From the NCBI RefSeq assembly GCF_040215525.1, contig NZ_CP157955.1: 24,000 nucleotides of DNA; one strand, written 5' to 3'. This DNA is from Escherichia coli. GTDB lineage: Bacteria; Pseudomonadota; Gammaproteobacteria; Enterobacterales; Enterobacteriaceae. The notes under the pieces are model-generated. The model did no database searches. It saw only the letters and a program-made list of their open reading frames with translations, and was not told the origin of the DNA. This document shows positions 1 to 9,578 of this stretch, one piece after another (within the stretch, counting starts at the first letter, position 1; each line of letters begins with the position of its first letter). The translations under genes and the position numbers were made by a program.

Positions 1-2042
<2,042 letters not shown>

Positions 2043-2046
<4 letters not shown>

Positions 2047-2987
2047 GCGTGCGCTCCTTCATGACGACGAATACGCGGGTCCAGCGCGGCGTTGAGCAAA
2101 TCGACAATCAAATTACAGACCACAAAAACCACCACCATCATCAGCGTAAAGCATTGGATCACTGGATAGTCACGGTTAAAAATCGCCGACACCGCATAGC
2201 GCCCGACGCCCGGCCAGGCAAAGATGTTTTCGATAATCATCGTCCCGCCAATCAGTTCGCCAATGTGCATCCCCACGGCGGTGATCATCGGCAGCGAGGC
2301 ATTGCGCAGGATGTGGCGGCGTTCGGTCTGTTTGTCGTTCAGGCCGCGCAGTCGCGCCCAGGTCACATGACGCTGACCGGCGACGTCCAGCATACTGGCG
2401 CGCAGCAGACGCGCGTTAATCGCCAGCGACATAAAAGCGATGGAAACCGCAGGCAAAATGATGTGCTGCCAGCCGCCGTAACCCATCGCGGGCAGCCATT
2501 GCAGATACACTGAAAATGCCATCACCAGTAAAAACGCCAACCAGAAGTTAGGCATCGACACGCCAAGAAACGCGATAAAACGCACGGCGAAATCCGGCAG
2601 GCGGTCGCGATGGCGCGCCGCCCAGATGCCGAGCGGCACGGAAGTGAGCAGAATTAATACCAGCGCCGCACCCGCCAGCTCCAGCGTGGCGGGCAGGAAG
2701 GTCAGCATATCGTCCAGCACCGGGCGTTGGCTGGCGAATGAGATACCAAAGTCAAGATGCAGCGCTTTCCACAACCAGGTTCCGTACTGCACGTACAACG
2801 GCTGATCCAGCCCCAGCATGGTGCGGGTAGAAGCCAGCATTTCCGGCGTCGGCGGCAGGTTAGACAGACGCAGATAATCGAGCGCCGGGTCGCCGGTGCC
2901 GAGGCGCAGCATCAGAAAAATGATCACCGAGGCGGCGAGCACCATCGGGATCAGCAGCAGAAAGCGGCGTAATACATAACGCAACAT
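2043..2987 (-). CDS. nikB: Nickel ABC transporter permease NikB
   Basis: 314-aa membrane ORF of the Opp/Dpp-type permease family. Its start overlaps the nikA stop by 1 nt (TAATG). Recognised as E. coli NikB. Confidence 0.95.
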
Positions 2988-4561
2988 TAAGGTTTCACCG
3001 GTTTAATCTGTTCGAACGGGATTTCGGTGGCGATCGGCGCGTAGGGGATGTTACCCAGTTCCGGTTTTGAAACCACCATCATTGAGATATAGCTGATGGG
3101 CAGATAAACCGCCTCGTTATGCAGACGGGTCAGAATGTCGCGATACAGTGCCTGACGTTGTGTTTCGTCGTGTGTCGCCAGCACTTCGCCAATCTCTTTA
3201 TCAATCAGTGGCTTGTCGGCTAAACCTTGCTGTGCCTGGAAGTCAGCGTGCGACGGTACGCGCATTGAACTCAGGAAGGCGTGTGGATCGTATGGCGCGC
3301 CCCAGGTACGGTGGAAAATCATGCCAAAACGACCGTCGCGCTGACGAGCATAGATACTGCTCTCTTCTTCGCCGATCAGCGTGACATCCGCGCCAATCTG
3401 GCGCATATCAGCCTGAATGATTTCGGCCATTGATTTGCTTAACGCATCGGTGCCGATGAACGACAGTTCAATGCGCAGCGGCTGACCATTTTTCTCGCGG
3501 ATGTCTTTGCCTGCGGGCAGCGTCCAGCCTGCTTGTTCCAGCAACGCTTTTGCTTTCTGCGGATCGTACTGGCGCGGTTTCAGGCCGAGATTGGCATAGG
3601 GCACGGAAGGGGCAAACAGGGTGTCGGCGACCTGCTGGGTGCCATACAACGCGTTATCGATCAGCGATTTTTTGTTTACCGCGTAATTAAGAGCTTCACG
3701 GACTGCCAGCTCGTTGGTGGGGGCTTTGGCAGTATTGAGCGCCAGCATCACGGTTTCGATCGGCTGTGACAGTTGGGTGTGGTAAGCCGAGTTCTGGCTA
3801 AAGCGGGCGAAGGTATCGAGCGGTAATAGCCCTTCATTACCGTATAGTAGATCGATATCGCCGGTTTCAAACGCTACTGCGCGGGTAGTCGGGTCTGGGA
3901 TGACGTTAAAAGTGATCTTCTTAATCGCCGGCTTTTCGCCCCAGTAGTTTTCGTTACGGACGAAGACATCGTACTGATTCAGTTTCGATTCCTGCAAAAC
4001 CCACGGCCCGGTGCCAATCGGCGCTTTAATCCCATTCATGGTTTCATGGTTTTTAAACTGCGAGGGGGCGATAAAGCGGAAAGGACGGGGCAGGGCCAGT
4101 TCTTGCAGGAAAGGGTAGTAGGCGCTTTTCAGGGTGATTTGCAGCTCGGTTTTACTGAGAGCTTTGACATCAACAATCTGGTTTGCCAGCTCCAGCCAGG
4201 CGTGACGTTGACGGTTGTCGAGCACAGCGCGGAAGTTTTCTGCCGCGGCCTCTGCATCAAACGGTTCACCGTTAGAGAATTTCACATCATCACGCAGGGT
4301 GAAGGTCCAGGTTTTGCCATCTTCTGAATGGGTCCAGCTTTTTGCCAGCCACGGGATCACCGAACCGTCTGCCTGATATTTCACCAGTGGTTCATAAACC
4401 ATGCTCTGGGCGAACATTTGGTTAGGCGTGTAAAGGTGCGGGTTTAGTGGCCCGACATTCACCGGCCAGGCGGTGGTGATTTCATCTGGTGCAGCGGCAT
4501 GGACGATAAAAGACGCACAAGCCAGCAGCGCAAATAGAGTGCGGCGGAGTGTAGAGAACAT
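2987..4561 (-). CDS. nikA: Periplasmic nickel-binding protein NikA (ABC substrate-binding protein, family 5)
   Basis: 524-aa ORF with an N-terminal signal peptide (...[16 protein letters not shown]). First gene of the operon, downstream of the NikR operator. Near-identical to my recollection of E. coli NikA. Confidence 0.96.
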   Translation of the reverse strand: MFSTLRRTLFALLACASFIVHAAAPDEITTAWPVNVGPLNPHLYTPNQMFAQSMVYEPLVKYQADGSVIPWLAKSWTHSEDGKTWTFTLRDDVKFSNGEPFDAEAAAENFRAVLDNRQRHAWLELANQIVDVKALSKTELQITLKSAYYPFLQELALPRPFRFIAPSQFKNHETMNGIKAPIGTGPWVLQESKLNQYDVFVRNENYWGEKPAIKKITFNVIPDPTTRAVAFETGDIDLLYGNEGLLPLDTFARFSQNSAYHTQLSQPIETVMLALNTAKAPTNELAVREALNYAVNKKSLIDNALYGTQQVADTLFAPSVPYANLGLKPRQYDPQKAKALLEQAGWTLPAGKDIREKNGQPLRIELSFIGTDALSKSMAEIIQADMRQIGADVTLIGEEESSIYARQRDGRFGMIFHRTWGAPYDPHAFLSSMRVPSHADFQAQQGLADKPLIDKEIGEVLATHDETQRQALYRDILTRLHNEAVYLPISYISMMVVSKPELGNIPYAPIATEIPFEQIKPVKP

Positions 4562-4598
4562 GGTAACCCCAATGGATTAAAATAGATGGCGGAAATAA

Positions 4599-4626
4599 GT
4601 ATGACGATTTTAAGTATTCGTCATAC
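4599..4626 (-). promoter_or_regulatory. NikR operator (GTATGA-N16-TCATAC) overlapping a TAAAAT -10 hexamer of the nikA promoter
   Basis: The perfect dyad GTATGA cgattttaagtattcg TCATAC is read directly at 4599-4626. It matches the published NikR recognition pattern. On the minus strand, TAAAAT (4612-4607) lies inside the 16-bp spacer, about 40 nt upstream of the nikA ATG. Confidence 0.85.
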
Positions 4627-4633
4627 TGATTAC

Positions 4634-4647
4634 CTGTTCTGGATCAA
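4634..4647 (-). promoter_or_regulatory. FNR-like site (minus strand TTGATccagAACAG) upstream of the nik -10
   Basis: 7/10 match to TTGAT-N4-ATCAA. The centre (about 4640.5) lies about 41 bp upstream of the start point predicted from the TAAAAT -10, which is the class II FNR geometry. nik is known to be anaerobically induced via FNR. Confidence 0.5.
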
Positions 4648-4671
4648 TAGATGGGCAGTCGGGTGGGCGGA

Positions 4672-5259
4672 TCAGTTAACTGAATCGATCCATTGCACAC
4701 TGTCGGCGGTGAGCGTAAAGGGGGTAGGGGTGCAGATCGCCAGGCTTAAATTTTCTAGCTGACAATGGCTGACTGACAGCGAGGAGTTATAGGTGCTGTC
4801 TACGCTGACGATTTGCCAGGCGCTGCCGCCACGCTGTTTAACGATGGCTTCTTTGCGCGTCCAGATGCGCCAGAACATTTCCAGTTGCTGATCAGGATGC
4901 ACGGCGTCCATCTCGGCATGTTCCCCAAGGCTGAATACGGCGTTCGCCAGCCAGCGCCAGTTGGCGCGCGGGCGAATCACTTCGATATCGCAGCCGACTT
5001 CGCCTTCATCGCTCAACAGCAGGGCGATATCGTCACCGCTATGGCTTAAGTTGAACCATAGCGGCGTTTCCGGCGCGAATGCAGGTTTGCCTTGTTCGCC
5101 ATAGATGATCTCCGGTAGCGGGGAAAGCGTGTGCGAAAGCAATGCACGCCCCGCCAGCCAGCGTTCGCGTCGTGGACCTTGCGGTGCTTGCTCGCGTAAA
5201 CCCGGTGGCAGAGGAGCTGCGCTTAAGGTCGAAACTTTCCCCAGAACTATCCGATACAT
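4672..5259 (-). CDS. acpT: 4'-phosphopantetheinyl transferase AcpT (holo-ACP synthase 2)
   Basis: 195-aa ORF with PPTase motifs (GCDIE; WTRKEAIVKQ, i.e. W/F-x3-KE-A-x2-K). Position between yhhT and nikA as in K-12. Confidence 0.93.
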   Translation of the reverse strand: MYRIVLGKVSTLSAAPLPPGLREQAPQGPRRERWLAGRALLSHTLSPLPEIIYGEQGKPAFAPETPLWFNLSHSGDDIALLLSDEGEVGCDIEVIRPRANWRWLANAVFSLGEHAEMDAVHPDQQLEMFWRIWTRKEAIVKQRGGSAWQIVSVDSTYNSSLSVSHCQLENLSLAICTPTPFTLTADSVQWIDSVN

Positions 5260-5313
5260 ATCAGGGCCAACGTTTAATGGAAAATGAAAGTGCGTATCGT
5301 AACACTTGTCGCC

Positions 5314-6363
5314 TCATCCCGGTAATCGACTTTTCGGTCTGCCCGGTCCCAGTAAAATCGCCAGTTTGCTACCGCCTTTGGTGGTTTCCATCCAGATTTT
5401 ACACACGCTGGTTAATGGTACCGAAAGTAGCATCCCTACCGGGCCGAGCAGCCATCCCCAAATTAACAATGAAAGAAATACCACCATGGTGGACATCCCC
5501 AGGCGATGGCCCATCATCCGTGGTTCTAAAATATTGCCGATGACCATATGGACCACTAAAAACAATGCGCCGACCAGAATACATTCGTAAACGCCATTAA
5601 ACAGCAGCACCTGAATCATTGGCGGTACGGCGGAAATTACCGCGCCGATATTGGGCACGTAGTTGAGCAAAAACGCCAGTACTGCCCACATCAGCGCAAA
5701 CTGTACGCCCATTAGCGCCAGCCCCAGCCAGACGATTACGCCTGTCCATAAACTTAGCAGTGTCTTCAATGCAAGATAGTGCGAAACACCTTTTAAGGCG
5801 CGGTGTAGTCCGGCGATGTGAATCTGTGGATTATTCAACGCAAAACGCATTTTGTAAGGGACGTGGCGCACTTCAAACAGCATGAAAACTACGGTCATCA
5901 CCAGCAAAAGCACGCTCGCCATTGCCCCGGAAAGCCCGGTCATTAGCGCCGTGGTGAAGGTAACCATTTTTTCCGAGTCCATCCGCTGCAGTATTCGCTC
6001 CGGCGACATATGCAAATTAAGAAAAGGCAACATCTCCTGCAATTTAAAAAGTTTGCGCGTCAGCTCCTTATTAAACTTCGGCAGCATAGAGATAAATTCG
6101 TTAAACGATGCCGCCAGTACGCCGACCAGCGCGGTTAGTGCGATCAGCATCACCACCACCACAATCGTAATGGCAACGGGGCGTTGTACTCCCCGACGAA
6201 TAAACCAGGTGACGAGCGGGTTGAGGACGATGGCAAAAAACAGCGCCAGTAACAGCTGCACAATGATATCTGCCGCTGCGTGAATTCCCGCGAGGATCAC
6301 CACCAGCGAGGCCAGCTTGAGCAGAATGTGCATGCCCGTTTTATCGGGTTGAGGGGTTTCCAT
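5314..6363 (-). CDS. yhhT: AI-2E/PerM-family inner-membrane transporter YhhT
   Basis: Polytopic membrane ORF. The track gives 376 aa from 6444. I prefer the ATG at 6363 (METPQPDK..., 349 aa) because AGGAAG lies 6-11 nt upstream and it matches the K-12 length I recall. Confidence 0.88.
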   Translation of the reverse strand: METPQPDKTGMHILLKLASLVVILAGIHAAADIIVQLLLALFFAIVLNPLVTWFIRRGVQRPVAITIVVVVMLIALTALVGVLAASFNEFISMLPKFNKELTRKLFKLQEMLPFLNLHMSPERILQRMDSEKMVTFTTALMTGLSGAMASVLLLVMTVVFMLFEVRHVPYKMRFALNNPQIHIAGLHRALKGVSHYLALKTLLSLWTGVIVWLGLALMGVQFALMWAVLAFLLNYVPNIGAVISAVPPMIQVLLFNGVYECILVGALFLVVHMVIGNILEPRMMGHRLGMSTMVVFLSLLIWGWLLGPVGMLLSVPLTSVCKIWMETTKGGSKLAILLGPGRPKSRLPG

Positions 6364-6494
6364 TGGGGCTTCCTTGTGACTTTTTGTATTAAGTGTAGCG
6401 GGAGTCACGCCAGCAATATTCTGATTCTTACTGCTGATTTTCACGTCAGCACGTGGTAAAAATGAAACACTGTTGTAAAAATGTGGTGATCCTC

Positions 6495-7712
6495 ATGCCC
6501 GAACCCGTAGCTGAACCCGCGCTAAACGGATTGCGCCTGAATTTGCGCATTGTCTCCATTGTCATGTTTAACTTCGCCAGCTACCTCACCATCGGGTTGC
6601 CGCTCGCTGTATTACCGGGCTATGTCCATGATGTGATGGGCTTTAGCGCTTTCTGGGCAGGATTGGTTATCAGCCTGCAATATTTCGCCACCTTGCTGAG
6701 CCGCCCTCATGCCGGACGTTACGCCGATTTGCTGGGACCCAAAAAGATTGTCGTCTTCGGTTTATGCGGCTGCTTTTTGAGCGGTTTGGGGTATCTGACG
6801 GCAGGATTAACCGCCAGTCTGCCCGTCATCAGCCTGTTATTACTGTGCCTGGGGCGCGTGATCCTTGGGATTGGGCAAAGTTTTGCCGGAACGGGATCGA
6901 CCCTATGGGGCGTTGGCGTGGTTGGTTCGCTGCATATCGGGCGGGTGATTTCGTGGAACGGCATTGTCACTTACGGGGCGATGGCGATGGGTGCGCCGTT
7001 AGGTGTCGTGTTTTATCACTGGGGCGGCTTGCAGGCGTTAGCGTTAATCATTATGGGCGTGGCGCTGGTGGCCATTTTGTTGGCGATCCCGCGTCCGACG
7101 GTAAAAGCCAGTAAAGGCAAACCGCTGCCGTTTCGCGCGGTGCTTGGGCGCGTCTGGCTGTACGGTATGGCGCTGGCACTGGCTTCCGCCGGATTTGGCG
7201 TTATCGCCACCTTTATCACGCTGTTTTATGACGCTAAAGGTTGGGACGGTGCGGCTTTCGCGCTGACGCTGTTTAGCTGTGCGTTTGTCGGTACGCGTTT
7301 GTTATTTCCTAACGGCATTAACCGTATCGGCGGCTTAAACGTGGCGATGATTTGCTTTAGCGTTGAGATAATCGGCCTGCTACTGGTTGGCGTGGCGACT
7401 ATGCCGTGGATGGCGAAAATCGGCGTCTTACTCGCGGGGGCGGGGTTTTCGCTGGTGTTCCCGGCATTGGGCGTAGTGGCGGTAAAAGCGGTTCCGCAGC
7501 AAAATCAGGGGGCGGCGCTGGCAACTTACACCGTATTTATGGATTTATCGCTTGGCGTGACCGGACCACTGGCTGGGCTGGTGATGAGTTGGGCGGGCGT
7601 CCCGGTGATTTATCTGGCGGCGGCGGGACTGGTCGCAATCGCGTTATTACTGACGTGGCGATTAAAAAAACGGCCTCCGGTGGAAGTACCTGAGGCCATC
7701 TCATCATCTTAA
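6495..7712 (+). CDS. yhhS: Major facilitator superfamily transporter YhhS
   Basis: 12-TM-like hydrophobic ORF. The track starts at GTG 6453. I prefer ATG 6495 (MPEPVAEPALNG..., 405 aa) as in K-12. The start call is less certain than the gene call. Confidence 0.88.
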   Translation: MPEPVAEPALNGLRLNLRIVSIVMFNFASYLTIGLPLAVLPGYVHDVMGFSAFWAGLVISLQYFATLLSRPHAGRYADLLGPKKIVVFGLCGCFLSGLGYLTAGLTASLPVISLLLLCLGRVILGIGQSFAGTGSTLWGVGVVGSLHIGRVISWNGIVTYGAMAMGAPLGVVFYHWGGLQALALIIMGVALVAILLAIPRPTVKASKGKPLPFRAVLGRVWLYGMALALASAGFGVIATFITLFYDAKGWDGAAFALTLFSCAFVGTRLLFPNGINRIGGLNVAMICFSVEIIGLLLVGVATMPWMAKIGVLLAGAGFSLVFPALGVVAVKAVPQQNQGAALATYTVFMDLSLGVTGPLAGLVMSWAGVPVIYLAAAGLVAIALLLTWRLKKRPPVEVPEAISSS

Positions 7713-7715
7713 AAC

Positions 7716-8273
7716 TTACTGAATAACCAGCGTATTAATGATGTTTTCTGCGGTGGTCTGTGCTTTTTGCTGATCGTCAGCGGGCAGCGTAATTTGCATG
7801 GTTAGCAGTTGATTACCCACGTTACCCAGAATAACGGAAGAGTACGCCGTCTGGCCTTTCGCGGAGATAATGCTGTCTAACTGCTGCATTTTGTGACCTT
7901 TCAGCTCAATGGCTTTATTGGTTACCACTTGCAGCTGCGGATCGCGGCTACGTTGCTGATCTTCCAGGCGCTTCGCCAGCACCGCCAGATCTTCTTTCGG
8001 ATCATCGCCCATGATGACGATGACTGCTTTTTGCCCGGTGGCGTCGGACCAGACATGCATGTTATTAGCCTGCGTTCCCAGCTTACCGCTCTGGTCGGTC
8101 ATATCCGCTGGCAGCGAGAAACTTAACTTGCCATCAAGCAGGTTGACGGGATTCCCGGTAGCGTTACTTTCCGCGACTGAACCCTGCGCCGTAGCGTTAG
8201 TGTCTTTATCATCACAGGCCGCAAGCCCCATAACCAGCAGGCCAATTCCGACATATTTAACCAGATTGCGCAT
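7716..8273 (-). CDS. dcrB: Periplasmic lipoprotein DcrB
   Basis: Start at 8273 gives [20 protein letters not shown]..., with a lipobox (LAAC), 185 aa, and AGGAAG upstream. The 203-aa track ORF is an N-terminal over-extension. Confidence 0.92.
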
Positions 8274-8345
8274 TGACTTCTTCCTTTCGATAAACGGCCA
8301 TAACGGCTCATTCATCCATCTTATCACAACTCTGATAACGAACCT

Positions 8346-9011
8346 TTAACTCGCCTGCAAAGCGTTGATTTCGGATTTATCTGCCAGTCTTTTCAACAGC
8401 ATATTGAGTAATACGCCATACATTGGCAGGAAGAAAACGATACTGATTAACACTTTGAAACAGTAATCGACCAGCGCGATTTCCATCCAGTGTTCAGCCA
8501 TAAAGGCATCCGGGCTACGCCAGAAGGCAATGAAGAAGAAGGCCAGCGTGTCGCTGACGTTACCAAACAGGGTGGAAGCCGTCGGTGCCAGCCACCAGCG
8601 ACGACTCTGACGCAGGCGGTTAAAAACGTGCACGTCGAGGATTTGCCCCAGCGCGTAGGCCATGAAACTGGCGGTGGCGATACGGGCGACAAACAGGTTG
8701 AAGTGGGCGAGCGCGCCGAATCCCTGCCAGGAACCCATATAGAACAGCGACGAGATGACGTAGGAGATCAGTAACGCCGGGATCATCACCGCAAAGATGA
8801 TACGACGGGCCAGCGGTGCGCCAAAAATACGCACAGTCAGGTCGGTAGCAAGGAAAATAAACGGAAAGCTAAACGCGCCCCAGGTGGTATGGAAACCAAA
8901 AATGGATACGGGAAGCTGAACCAGATAGTTACTGGAGGTGATCACCAGAAGATGAAATAACGATAACCAGAACAACGCCTTATAGCGTTGAGTTTGCGAG
9001 AAAACGTTCAT
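8346..9011 (-). CDS. yhhQ: Queuosine-precursor (preQ0/preQ1) transporter YhhQ (COG1738)
   Basis: 221-aa polytopic membrane ORF recognised as E. coli YhhQ. It is preceded by a preQ1-aptamer-like leader (next feature). Confidence 0.93.
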   Translation of the reverse strand: MNVFSQTQRYKALFWLSLFHLLVITSSNYLVQLPVSIFGFHTTWGAFSFPFIFLATDLTVRIFGAPLARRIIFAVMIPALLISYVISSLFYMGSWQGFGALAHFNLFVARIATASFMAYALGQILDVHVFNRLRQSRRWWLAPTASTLFGNVSDTLAFFFIAFWRSPDAFMAEHWMEIALVDYCFKVLISIVFFLPMYGVLLNMLLKRLADKSEINALQAS

Positions 9012-9017
9012 ATTGTA

Positions 9018-9053
9018 CCTTTTTGATTAACCATTGGGGTGAGGGAACCCAAT
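9018..9053 (-). promoter_or_regulatory. Candidate preQ1-I-type riboswitch (H-type pseudoknot) in the yhhQ 5' leader
   Basis: Minus-strand RNA is AUUGGG-UUCCCUCAC-CCCAAU-GGUUAAUCAAAAAGG-UACAAU-AUG. It has a 6-bp P1 (9053-9048 with 9038-9033). The loop begins UUC and ends with a C just 5' of the P1 3' strand. An A-rich tail follows. Loop CCU (9044-9042) is complementary to AGG (9020-9018), the only SD-like element. The layout parallels the B. subtilis and T. tengcongensis preQ1-I aptamers, and the downstream gene imports preQ0/preQ1. Confidence 0.55.
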
Positions 9054-9231
9054 ACGTACGACACGTCTGTTACCTTAACATAATAACGTGCTGACCCTTT
9101 TTTCGAGCCGCCGCATGATACTGCTTTACGTTAACAATGCAATGGTTAATTTTCACGCAATCGTTAACCTGGTTTGCTTACGGACTCACAGGGCGTAAAC
9201 TAGCGCCGTTTTTTTATGTGATGAGAAGAAA

Positions 9232-9477
9232 ATGACCGATCTCTTTTCCAGCCCTGACCACACACTCGACGCACTTGGCCTGCGCTGCCCGGAACCAGTA
9301 ATGATGGTGCGCAAAACAGTGCGCAATATGCAGCCAGGTGAAACGTTGCTGATTATTGCTGACGATCCGGCGACGACCCGCGATATTCCTGGGTTTTGTA
9401 CCTTTATGGAACACGAACTGGTTGCGAAAGAGACGGATGGACTGCCTTATCGTTATTTGATTCGTAAAGGCGGTTGA
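9232..9477 (+). CDS. tusA: Sulfur-carrier / sulfurtransferase TusA (YhhP)
   Basis: 81-aa ORF with the conserved LRCPEP active-site cysteine motif. Recognised as E. coli TusA. Confidence 0.95.
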
Positions 9478-9504
9478 TGGGGGAAGATTGGCTTCGATGC
9501 CGCC

Positions 9505-9548
9505 TTTTCCCCTCACCCTAACCCTCTCCCCAGAGGAGCGAGGGGACC
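9505..9548. repeat. GC-rich imperfect palindromic intergenic repeat, BoxC-like
   Basis: The sequence ttttcccctcaccctaaccctctccccagaggagcgaggggac contains TCCCCTC ... GAGGGGA arms. I recognise the ccctcaccctaaccctctcccc ... gaggggac pattern as a dispersed enterobacterial intergenic repeat. Assigning it to the BoxC family is from memory. Confidence 0.55.
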
Positions 9549-9571
9549 GATCGCGCTCAATGTTGCGATCG
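9548..9571. terminator. Hairpin (CGATCGC-N10-GCGATCG) between convergent tusA and zntA, candidate bidirectional terminator component
   Basis: 7-bp perfect stem read directly, followed by GTTTG on the plus strand. It lies 7 nt beyond the zntA stop on the minus strand. The U-tract is weak in both directions. Confidence 0.4.
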
Positions 9572-9578
9572 GTTTGCC

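Noticed and set aside
5314-6444. N-terminally extended ORF-track models: yhhT from 6444, yhhS from 6453, dcrB from 8327, yhhL from 13372, ftsX from 16109, livJ from 18508 and livK from 20609.
   Set aside because: The longest-ORF rule over-extends all of these. The internal starts restore the signal peptides or lipobox at the N-terminus (LivJ, LivK, DcrB), have better SD sequences (yhhT, dcrB, yhhL), avoid a large overlap with the upstream gene (yhhL in rsmD, ftsX in ftsE), and match the K-12 lengths I recall.
9192-9215. Hairpin plus T-run (GGCG-N8-CGCC followed by GTTTTTTT) about 20 nt before the tusA ATG, as a possible leader attenuator or terminator.
   Set aside because: The stem is only 4 bp with an 8-nt loop, which is too weak to call an intrinsic terminator. 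The T-run may simply be part of an AT-rich promoter-proximal region.
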